Of a stretch of DNA of 64,000 bases, positions 49,326-60,200 are shown one piece after another. The first letter of the stretch is position 1; each line of letters begins with the position of its first letter. Below the pieces are notes generated by a model. The model made no database searches and was not told the DNA's origin. It was given only the letters and a program-made list of their open reading frames with translations. The stretch lies in the NCBI RefSeq assembly GCF_030684315.1, contig NC_081396.1, positions 124,001-188,000 of the forward strand, written 5' to 3'. This DNA is from Stegostoma tigrinum. Its lineage: Eukaryota. The position numbers and the translations under genes are program-made.

Positions 49326-50564
49326 TGTAGTGGGATTAGCAACAGACTCACTCCCCTCTGAGAGAAACAATTACTCCACGTCTCTGCCTTACCTGGTTGA
49401 CTCCTTATTCTAAGGTTATTGGGCCTTCGATCTTACACATTTCAGCCGGGTCGCCTCTCATTCTTTCAAACTCCAACGAACACAGGCCCCAGCTGACTCA
49501 ATCACTCCCTCATCAGACATCTCTCTACCCCCAGGATCAGCCAAGTGTCCCCGATGTCCAGTCTGTCACTGCTTGGATAGGGAGCCCCAATCACAGAGTT
49601 CCAGCTGGGGTCTGACAAGTGCCTTGTACCAGTTTTAGTCAAACCCCTCCCTGTTTTTACCCTCCGTTCCCTTCAAAATAAAGGCCAGCGCTCCGTTTCC
49701 CTTCCCTACGGCCCACTCGTGTCTGACACCAGCTTTTTGTGATTTAGGGACAAAGTCCCTCCCCAAATCCCTCTGTGCTGCAGCTTCCTGCAGTCTTTCC
49801 CTGTTTATGTAATCTCCAGCCCCTCTGTCCTTCCTGCCAAAGACCCTCACACTCCCTCCCCCGCCACGTTATATTCTGTTCCTGTAACGTCCCGCAGTCT
49901 TTCCCCGTTTATATAATCTCCAGCCCCTCTGTCCTTCCTGCCAAAGTGCAGACCCTCATGCAGTAGTCACAAGGACAAATGGGGGTTAATTAAGGAGAGC
50001 CAGCATGAATTTCTTCAGGAAAAGTCATGTTCAGCTGACTTTCTGGTGTTATTTAACAGGGCGCACGAGTTGCTAATGGTGTATGGACGTGCGAAAGGTT
50101 CTTTGTACACTGCCAAATGTCAGACTTGTGGGAAGTTAGAGTTCGTGCCATTAAAGGGCCAGAGAAAAACGGTCTACGGATATTTTTCTGGTCAGATGGA
50201 AGTTTGTAGGGTGAGTTCCCCACACATCAGTGCCGGGATCTTTTATCTAATATGTGTTAGCAATGCAGACCTCGATGTGAAGGGTATCGTTTCGAAGTTT
50301 GGCGATGATTCCAAACTTAGTGCTGTAGTTTGTGACAACGATACTGTAGAACTTTGAGGATATTGAAGTCTGTGTTGTTGGAGTAGGCAGAAACGATGCA
50401 GATGAGGTTCAATGCGGAGATGTGTGGGTCAATACATGTTGGTCAAAAGAACATGGAGAGGATAATATAATATAAAGTTTAGTACTGTAAAGGGAACTCA
50501 TGTCAATTACTAAAGATAGCAGGATGGGTGGAACAAGCATGTGGTATTCTAGTCTTTGTTATTG

Positions 50565-50815
50565 AAGAGGTGATGGCTGAGAGCGGTATTATGGTCGAAC
50601 CTGTTAATCCCTAGCGACCGGTTAATGTACTGGGGACTCGGGTTTGAATCCTGCCAAGGCTCGTGGTGGAATTTGAAATTAATGGGGAAAGAAATTCTGC
50701 AGTTAAAAGTCTAAGGATAGCTCACGGGAACCATTGATTGTCAGAAAAACCCCTTTGAGCCATCAGCCATGGGCAATAAATGCTGGTTCAGCCAGCCGCG
50801 CCCTCATCCCATCAG
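50565..50815 (+). mobile_element. tRNA-derived SINE copy, internally deleted
   Basis: gaggtgatggc...gggtttgaatcctgcc...gggcaataaatgctgg. Confidence 0.7.
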
Positions 50816-51090
50816 TGAGTAAGGAATGAAAGCGAGAGGACAGCAAAACGCTGACGTTACAGAGCAGAGAGGAGAGGAGGTTGATTTGACACGTGTGCGC
50901 TCTGACCTGAAGTACTCACAGTTTTCAGGATGGATGTGAAAACACCTGGAGAGGTTCCAGCAACAGGAGCTTGGAGAGATTTCACAAACTGGGACTTGTG
51001 TTCATGGGAGAGGAAGAGATCAGTGTCAAAACCGCTGGGACCTGGACACGGTGTGGACTAGTAATGCAGAGTTAATGTTCATCTCCTCCA

Positions 51091-51362
51091 GCCCCCTGCG
51101 CCCCCTCCCGATCTCAGTCACCCCCTGCGCCCCCTCCCGATCTCAGTCACCCCCTGCGCCCCCTCCCGATCTCAGTCACCCCCTGCGCCCCCTCCCGATC
51201 TCAGTCACCCCCTGCGCCCCCTCCCGATCTCAGTCACCCCCTGCGCCCCCTCCCGATCTCTGTCAGTCCCTCCAGTCCCCTACACCCCCTCCCTATCTCA
51301 GTCACCCCCTGCGCCCCCTCCCTATGTCAGTCACCCCCTCCAGTCCCTACACCCCCTCCCTG
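51091..51362. repeat. 29-bp C-rich minisatellite
   Basis: Unit ccccctgcgccccctcccgatctcagtca, about 6 near-perfect plus degenerate copies. Confidence 0.9.
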
Positions 51363-52802
51363 TATGCTCCAGTACCCTGTACAGTGCCAGCAGTCTATCC
51401 TTGTCCTTGTACTCTAGCCGTGTTGGGATGAAAACCGATGTTGCATTTGCCTTCCTCCCTGTGAAATGAACCCGCCTTCGTGTTAACCTGAACACCATCC
51501 TGAGCTTGGACTCCTCGGTCCCTTTATACTTTACAGTCTAGTCTTGGCCTCGATTCTTCTGAGCAAAGTGCATCGCCCCCCCACCCCCTCTTTCCCACTC
51601 TGTACCCCACCTGCCTCATCTTTGCCCACTCCCCGAGCTTGGCCCTGTCCTTCCGCAGTGCCCCCCGCCCCCCCGGCTCCCTCTGCACTAACCTGTCCCT
51701 CCGCCTGTCTGTTTCCCGTCTGCAAACGGAGCAGCGACAGAGCCGTCAGTTTCTCCGCGCTGATCACAAATGTAGAACATGGAACATTGTGATCCCTGGC
51801 ACTGACCCCTGTGGGACACCGCGAGTTACTGGCTCCCATTCCTGATAAAGGTCCCTCTATTACCCCCCAACCCCTGCCTTGCCTTCTGTCAGTCATTCAC
51901 CTATCTGTCCCTGTATCATGCACCAGAATGTCTTGGGCTGTAATCTTGTGTAGCAGCCTTCTGAAGGGTATCAGTGAAGCAGGCAGGCTCCTTATGACAG
52001 CCAGTGGTCACTGTCACCGAGACTGGATTTCAATTCCGCGTGTCCTCAATTGAATTTAAATTCCACCGTCTGCTGCTGCCCAGATGGGATTTCAAACTGT
52101 TTTAATCTTGAGCGGCCCAGAGAGGGTTCACTTGGCTGATCCCGGGGATGGAGGTACTGTCTGATGAAGGGGGTTTGAGTGGGTTGGGGCCTGTACCCTG
52201 TGGGGTTTAGGAGAACGAGAGGCAATCCGATTTGAAATGTGCAAGATCCCTGTGGGATTGGGTTTGCAGGGCAGCGGGGGGGGGGGGGGGGGGTGGTGCT
52301 GGGGGGGGGGGGGGGTTGCAGGGGAGGGAGCCTGACAGGGAGAGATGTGGAGAGGGTGTCTCCCCCCTTGTGTGGGAGAGTGTAGGACCCAGAGGGGTGT
52401 CATATCAGAATAAGGGAGTCAGAGACGGGGGGGATTCCCTTCTCCCAGTGGCAGGGCGGAATCTGTAGGAATCTTTGCTGCAGAGGGGTTGGGGGGGGGA
52501 AATGTGTGTCGGGTCTGGGGCATTGAGGATGTACAAGGCTGAGATAGATAGGGAGGGATTTTTAATCAGGGAGGGGAATCGAGGGGGAGAAAGAGGGTGG
52601 CAGGAGAGGATCAGATCAGTCATGATCACATTGAATTGGGCAGCAGATTTGATGGACTGAATGGCATACATCTGCCCCTCTGATGCTGTCAGACTGGTAA
52701 CTGAGCAGGCTTGGGGTGATCTAGTGGTGGTGGGGTGGGGTCTCAGTCGGAAGCTGTTCGATTGTCATTGACTTTTCTCTCTCCCGTCTGTTCCTGCGCA
52801 GG

Positions 52803-54000
52803 ATGCTGCGGACGGAGGACGCACCAGCGGCCAGTTCGGGGCGGCCAGAGTGCGGTGACTGCGGGGAGGTGGAGAAGCTGTACATCTGCTCGGGCTGCGG
52901 CCTGGCGTTCACCTCGTCGTTGGAGCACCCGGGCCACAGCTGCGTGCCATCAGGGGCTTACCCACAGGGGCAGCAGGAGCAGCACCGCCTCCCGCTGTAC
53001 CCGCCGCCCGAGGAGGGAGGCGGAGCGGGTTCCGTGCCTGACCGGCCCTTCGCGTGCGGGGTCTGCGGCCTGGCGTTCGCCCAGCCCTCGGAGCAGGAGT
53101 CCCACGGCTGTGACCCGCCACCTCGGGCGCCCCTGCCACTTCGTCTACTCGTCCACGCTGGCCCCCCAGGCTTCCACCCCCGGGCCGCTGCCCCTGGGCA
53201 GGAGGCACGGCGGGCCGGGCCCGGGCAAGCTGTACCCGTGCCTGGCCTGCGGTAGGGTCTTTGGCCGCTCGTCGAACCTGGCCCGGCACAGGCGCAGCCA
53301 CACGGGGGCCCAGCCTTACCAGTGCAGCGACTGCGGTAAGCGCTTCAACTACCCCTCGGAGCTGGAGACTCACCAGCGGGTCCACACGGGCGAGCGGCCC
53401 TTCACCTGCGCCGTCTGTGGGAAGGGCTTCACCCAGTCATCCAACCTGCTGACCCACCAGCGGGTCCACACGGGCGAGCGGCCCTTCACCTGCTCGCTGT
53501 GCGGGAAGGGCTTCACCTGCTCGTCCAAGCTGCTGACCCACCACCGGGTGCACACCGACGAGAGGCCCTTCTGCTGCCCGGTCTGCGGCAAGCGCTTCAA
53601 GAGCTCCAAGGAGCTGATGATGCATCAGCGCATCCACACGGGCGAGCGGCCCTTCCGCTGCCAGCACTGCGATAAACGCTTCACCCGCTCGTCCGACATG
53701 CTGACCCACCAGCGGGTGCACACCGACCGCCGGCCCTTCTGCTGCCCGGCCTGCGGCAAGCGCTTCAAGAGCTCCAAGGAGCTGATGCAGCACGAGAGGG
53801 TGCACACCGACGAGAGGCCCTTCCTGTGTGGCCTGTGCCCCAAGCGCTTCATGTACTCGTCCAACCTGCTGCGGCACCAGCGTATCCACCTGGAGAGGGC
53901 TGAGCCCCAGCCGCTGCCCACTCCTCCAACACAGCCCGCTGGCGCCCCAGCCCCCCGCTCCCCGCCACACCTCGAGGCACTGCTGCGGCCCAACTGCTGA
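52803..54000 (+). CDS. C2H2 zinc-finger gene with apparent +1 frameshift near 53110-53130 (ZNF-4; two atypical N-terminal fingers plus 8 C2H2 fingers); pseudogene or assembly error possible
   Basis: Acceptor ctgttcctgcgcag|GATG at 52800-52801; frame A gives [10 protein letters not shown] and [10 protein letters not shown], stops at 53255; frame B carries 8 canonical fingers to TGA at 54000. Confidence 0.8.
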
Positions 54001-54099
54001 GGGTGCACTGGGGTGGGGGCACACACACAGAGAGAGAGAGGACCTGAGGAGTAGGATGGACGACAAGAGACAGACAGAGAGAGAGCACGTGCCATGATA

Positions 54100-54198
54100 T
54101 GGTGAGGGATGGTGTGAGGGGGTGTGAGAGAGGGCGAGGGGAGGGGGCTGTGAGGGGGCGTGAGAGACAGAGCAGAGGTGTTAAAGGGGGTGTGTGTG

Positions 54199-54239
<41 letters not shown>

Positions 54240-57200
54240 GTGAGGGGACGAGACGGAGAGAGAGGGGTGTGTGAGGGGACACGAGGGGAAGGAGAGGGAA
54301 GAGGAGGGTATAGTGGACGAGCGTGAGAAGGAGGAGGGAGGAGTGTGAGTGAGAGGAGGGAGAGGATGAGTGAAGAGGGAGGGAGGGAGGGATGAGAGTG
54401 AGGGAGGGAGGGAGTGATGGAGAGTGAGGGAGGGAGGGAGTGTGAGGGAGGGAGGAGTGTGCGGGAGGGAGTGTGCGGAGGGAGTGTGCGGGAGGGAGTG
54501 TTGCGGGAGGGAGTGTGCGGAGGGAGTGTTGCGGGAGGGAGTGGTGCGGGAGGGAGGTGCGGGAGGGAGTGTGCGGGAGGGAGTGTGCGGGAGGGAGTGT
54601 GCGGGAGGGAGGTTTGTTGAGGGAGGGAGGGAGGGAGGTAGGGGGGAGGGAGTGGGTGTGAGTGAGGGAGTGAGGTGAGGGAGGGTGAGTGAGTGAGGAG
54701 GGTGAGTGAGTGAGTGAGGGAGGGTGAGTGAGTGAGTGAGGGAGGGAGAGTGAGTGAGTGAGGGAGGGTGAGTGAGTGAGAGAGGGAGGGTGAGTGAGTG
54801 AGAGAGGGAGGGAGTGAGAGAGGAGGAGGAGTGAGAGTGAGGTGAGGGAGGGAGTGAGAGTGAGGGAGGGAGGGAGTGGAGGGAGGGAGTGTGCGGGAGG
54901 GATGTAGTGCGGGGAGGGAGTGGGTGTGAGTGAGGGAGGGTGAGTGAGTGAGGGAGGTGAGGAGTGAGGGAGGGTGAGTGAGTGATGGAGGGTGTGAGAG
55001 GGAGGTGAGAGTGAGTGAGAGGGAGGAGGGAGTGAGAGTTGAGGGAGGTGAGGGAGGTGAGGGAGGGAGGGAGAGGGATGGGAGGGAGTGGGAGGGAGTG
55101 TGCGGGAGGGAGGGAGGGAGTGTGCGGGAGGGAGGGAGGGAGGGAGTGTGCGGGAGGGAGGGAGTGTGCGGGAGGGAGGGAGTGTGCGGGAGGGAGGGAG
55201 TGTGCGGGAGGGAGGGAGTGTGAGGGAGGGAGGGAGTGTGAGGGAGGGAGGGAGTGTGAGGGAGGGAGGGAGGGAGGGTGAGGGGGGAGGGTTTGTGAGG
55301 GAGGGAGGGAGTGTGAGTGAGAGAGGGAGGGTTTGTGAGGGAGGGAGGGAGTGGGTGTGAGTGAGGGAGGGGGTGGGTGTGAGTGAGGGAGGGGGTGTGA
55401 GTGAGTGAGGGAGGGGGTGTGAGTGAGTGAGGGAGGGAGTGGGTGTGAGTGAGGGAGGGGGTGTGAGTGAGTGAGGGAGGGGGTGTGAGTGAGTGAGGGA
55501 GGGGGTGTGAGTGAGGGAGGGGGTGTGAGTGAGTGAGGGAGGGGGTGTGAGTGAGTGAGGGAGGGGGTGTGAGTGAGTGAGGGAGGGGGTGTGAGTGAGT
55601 GAGGGAGGGGGTGTGAGTGAGTGAGGGAGGGGGTGTGAGTGAGTGAGGGAGGGGGTGTGAGTGAGTGAGGGAGGGGGTGTGAGTGAGTGAGGGAGGGGGT
55701 GTGAGTGAGTGAGGGAGGGGGTGTGAGTGAGTGAGGGAGGGGGTGTGAGTGAGGGAGGGAGGGAGGGTTTGGGAGGGAGGGTTTGTGAGGGAGGGTTTGT
55801 GAGGGAGGGAGGGAGGGGGTGTGAGTGAGGGTTTGTGAGGGAGGGAGGGAGGGGTGTGAGTGAGGGAGGGAGGGAGGGTTTGGGAGGGAGGGTTTGTGAG
55901 GGAGGGAGGGAGGGGGTGTGAGAGAGCAGGGAGGGAGGGGGGTGTGAATGAGAGGAGGGAGGGAGGGTTTGTGAGGGAGGAGGGTTGTGAGGGAGGGAGG
56001 GAGGGGGTGTGAGAGAGCAGGGAGGGAGGGAGGGGGTGTGAGTGAGGAGGGAGGGAGGGGGTGTGAGTGAGAGGAGGGAGGGAGGGGGTGTGAGAGAGCA
56101 GGGAGGGAGGGAGGGGGTGTGAGTGAGAGGATGGAGGGAGGGGGTGTGAGTGAGAGGATGGAGGGAGGGGGTGTGAGTGAGAGGAGGGAGGAGGGGGTGT
56201 GAGTGAGAGGAGGGAGGGAGGGGGTGTGAGTGAGAGGAGGGAGGGAGGGGGTGTGAGTGAGAGGAGGAGGGAGGGGGTGTGAGTGAGAGGAGGGAGGGAG
56301 GGGTGTGAGTGAGAGGAGGGAGGGAGGGGGTGTGAGTGAGAGGAGGGAGGGAGGGGTGTGAGTGAGAGGAGGGAGGGAGGGGGTGTGAGTGAGAGGAGGG
56401 AGGGAGGGGGTGTGAGTGAGAGGAGGGAGGGAGGGGGTGTGAGTGAGAGGAGGAGGGAGGGGGTGTGAGTGAGAGGAGGGAGGGAGGGGGTGTGAGTGAG
56501 AGGAGGGAGGGAGGGGGTGTGAGTGAGAGGAGGGAGGGAGGGGGTGTGAGTGAGAGGAGGGAGGGAGGGGGTGTGAGTGAGAGGAGGGAGGGAGGGGGTG
56601 TGAGTGAGAGGAGGGAGGGAGGGGGTGTGAGTGAGAGGAGGGAGGGAGGGGGTGTGAGTGAGAGGAGGGAGGGAGGGGGTGTGAGTGAGAGGAGGGAGGG
56701 AGGGGGTGTGAGTGAGAGGAGGGAGGGAGGGGGTGTGAGTGAGAGGAGGGAGGGAGGGGGTGTGAGTGAGAGGAGGGAGGGAGGGGGTGTGAGTGAGAGG
56801 AGGGAGGGAGGGGGTGTGAGTGAGAGGAGGGAGGGAGGGGGTGTGAGTGAGAGGAGGGAGGGAGGGGGTGTGAGTGAGAGGAGGGAGGGAGGGGGTGTGA
56901 GTGAGAGGAGGGAGGGAGGGGGTGTGAGTGAGAGGAGGGAGGGAGGGGGTGTGAGTGAGAGGAGGGAGGAGGGGGGTGTGAGTGAGAGGAGGGAGGGAGG
57001 GGGTGTGAGTGAGAGGAGGGAGGAGGGGGTGTGAGTGAGAGGAGGGAGGGAGGGGGGTGTGAGTGAGAGGAGGGAGGGAGGGGGTGTGAGTGAGAGGAGG
57101 GAGGGAGGGGGTGTGAGTGAGAGGAGGGAGGGAGGGGGTGTGAGTGAGAGGAGGGAGGGAGGGGTGTGAGTGAGAGGAGGGAGGGAGGGGGTGTGAGTGA

Positions 57201-60200
57201 GAGGAGGGAGGGAGGGGGTGTGAGTGAGAGGAGGGAGGGAGGGGGTGTGAGTGAGAGGAGGGAGGGAGGGGGTGTGAGTGAGAGGAGGGAGGGAGGGGGT
57301 GTGAGTGAGAGGAGGGAGGGAGGGGTGTGAGTGAGAGGAGGGAGGGAGGGGGTGTGAGTGAGAGGAGGGAGGAGGGGTGTGAGTGAGAGGAGGGAGGGAG
57401 GGGGTGTGAGTGAGAGGAGGGAGGGAGGGGGTGTGAGTGAGAGGAGGGAGGGAGGGGGTGTGAGTGAGAGGAGGGAGGGAGGGGGTGTGAGTGAGAGGAG
57501 GGAGGGAGGGGGTGTGAGTGAGAGGAGGGAGGGAGGGGGTGTGAGTGAGGAGGAGGGAGGGAGGGGGTGTGAGTGAGGAGGAGGGAGGGGGTGTGAGTGA
57601 GGAGGAGGGAGGGAGGGGGTGTGAGTGAGGAGGAGGGAGGGAGGGGGTGTGAGTGAGGAGGGAGGGAGGGGGTGTGAGTGAGGAGGGAGGGAGGGGGTGT
57701 GAGTGAGGAGGGAGGGAGGGGGTGTGAGTGAGAGGAGGGAGGGAGGGGGTGTGAGTGAGAGGGAGGGAGAGGAGGGAGGAGGGGGTGTGAGTGAGGAGGG
57801 AGGAGGGGGTGTGAGTGAGGAGGATTGAGGGAGGGGGTGTGAGTGAGGAGGGAGGGAGGGGGTGTGAGTGAGGAGGAGGGAGGGAGGGGGTGTGTGAGGA
57901 GGGAGGGAGGGGGTGTGTGAGGAGGGAGGGAGGGGGTGTGAGTGAGGGGAGGGAGGGGGTGTGAGTGAGGGGAGGGAGGGGGTGTGAGTGAGGGGAGGGA
58001 GGGGGTGTGAGTGAGGGGAGGGAGGGGGTGTGAGTGAGGGGAGGGAGGGGGTGTGAGTGAGGGGAGGGAGGGGGTGTGAGTGAGGGGAGGGAGGGGGTGT
58101 GAGTGAGGGGAGGAGGGGGTGTGAGTGAGGGGAGGGAGGGGGTGTGAGTGAGAGGAGGGAGGGAGGGGGTGTGAGTGAGTGGAGGGAGGGGGTGCGAGTG
58201 AGGAGGAGGGAGGGAGGGGGTGCGAGTGAGAGGAGGGAAGGAGGGGGTGCGAGTGAGAGGAGGGAAGGGGTGCGAGTGAGAGGACTGAAGGGGTGCGAGT
58301 GAGGGAGGGGGTGCGAGTGAGAGGAGGAGGGGGAGCGAGTGAGAGGAGGGAGGGGGAGCGAGTGAGAGGAGGGAGGGGGTCGAGGTGAGGAGGGAGGGGG
58401 TGCGAGTGAGGGAGGGAGGGGGGTGCGAGTGAGGGAGGGAGGGGGTGCGAGTGAGGGAGGGAGGGGGTGCGAGTGAGGGAGGGAGGGGGTGCGAGTGAGG
58501 GAGGGGGTGCGAGTGAGGGAGGTAGGGAGAGGGTGTGAGTGAGAGAAGGAAGGAGGGGGTGTGAGTGTGAGAAGGAGGGAGGGGTGTGAGTGTGAGAAGG
58601 AGGGAGGGGGTGTGATGTGAGAGAAGGAGGGAGGCGGTGTGAGTGAGAGGAGGGAGGGTGGGGTGGAGTGTGAGTGGAGGAGGGATGGGATGTGAGTGAG
58701 AGTGGAGGAGGGAGGGGGTGGGAGGGAGGGGGTGGGAGGGAGGGGGTGAGTGAGTGAGAGAGGGAGGGGGTGAGTGAGTGAGAGGGAGGGGGTGTGTGAG
58801 AGAGGGAGGGAGGGGGTGTGAGAGAGAGAGGGAGGGGGGGTGAGAGAGGGAGGGGGGGTGAGAGAGGGAGGGGGGGTGAGAGAGGGAGGGGGTGTGCGAG
58901 AGGGAGGGGGGGTGAGAGAGGGAGGGGGTGTGAGAGAGGGAGGGGGTGTGAGAGAGGGAGGGAGGGGGTGTGAGAGAGAGAGGGAGGGGGTGTGAGAGAG
59001 AGAGGGAGGGGGGTGAGAGAGAGAGGGAGGGGGTGTGAGAGAGAGAGGGAGGGGGGGTGAGAGAGAGAGGGAGGGGGGGTGAGAGAGGGAGGGGGGGTGA
59101 GAGAGGGAGGGGGTGTGAGTGAGAGAGGGAGGGAGGGAGGGAGGGGGTGTGAGTGAGAGAGGGAGGGAGGGAGGGGGTGTGAGTGAGAGAGTGAGAGAGG
59201 GAGGGAGGGAGGGGGGTGAGAGGGAGGGAGGGAGGGGGGTGAGAGAGAGGGAGGGAGGTGAGGGGGGTGAGAGAGAGGGAGGGAGGGAGGGGGGGTGAGA
59301 GAGAGGGAGGGAGGAGGGGGGTGAGAGAGGGAGGGAGGGAGGGGGGTGAGAGAGAGGGAGGGAGGGAGGGGGTGTGAGAGAGGGAGGAGGGGGGTGAGAG
59401 AGAGGGAGGAGGGAGGGGGGTGAGAGAGAGGGAGGGAGGGAGGGGGGTGAGAGAGAGGGAGGGAGGGAGGGGGTGAGAGAGAGGGAGGGAGGGAGGGGGG
59501 TGAGAGGGAGGGAGGGAGGGGGGTGAGAGAGAGGGAGGGAGGGAGGGGGGGTGAGAGAGAGGGAGGGAGGGAGGGGGGTGAGAGAGAGGAGGGAGGGAGG
59601 GGGGTGAGAGAGAGGGAGGGAGGGAGGGGGGTGAGAGAGAGGGAGGGAGGGAGGGGGGTGAGAGAGAGGGAGGGAGGGGGGTGAGAGGGAGGGAGGGGGG
59701 TGAGAGAGAGGAGGGAGGGGGGTGAGAGAGAGGGAGGGAGGGAGGGAGGGGGGTGAGAGAGAGAGGGAGGGAGGGGGGTGAGAGAGAGGGAGGGAGGGAG
59801 GGGGTGTGAGTGAGAGAGGGAGGGAGGGAGGGGGGTGAGAGAGAGGGAGGGAGGGGGGTGAGAGAGAGGGAGGAGGAGGGAGGGGGGTGAGTGAGAGGGA
59901 GGGAGGGGGGTGAGAGAGAGGGAGGGAGGGAGGGAGGGGGGTGAGAGAGAGGGAGGGAGGGGGTGAGAGAGAGGGAGGGAGGGAGGGAGGGGGTGAGAGA
60001 GAGGGAGGGAGGGAGGGAGGGGGTGAGAGGGAGGAGGGAGGGAGGGAGGGGGGTGAGAGGGAGGAGGGAGGGAGGGGGGTGTGAGAGGGAGGAGGGAGGA
60101 GGGGGGTGAGAGAGAGGGAGGAGGGGGTGAGAGAGAGGGAGGAGGGAGGGAGGGGGGTGAGAGAGAGGGAGGGAGGGGGGTGAGAGAGAGGAGGGAGGGA

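Noticed and set aside
49790-49960. About 105-bp-period duplication in a CR1 remnant (and a 20-bp duplication at 4388-4427)
   Set aside because: Small local duplications with no sign of function
52735-52802. ORF-track start for the 421-aa ZNF-4 ORF
   Set aside because: Non-ATG start lying in the polypyrimidine tract upstream of the splice acceptor
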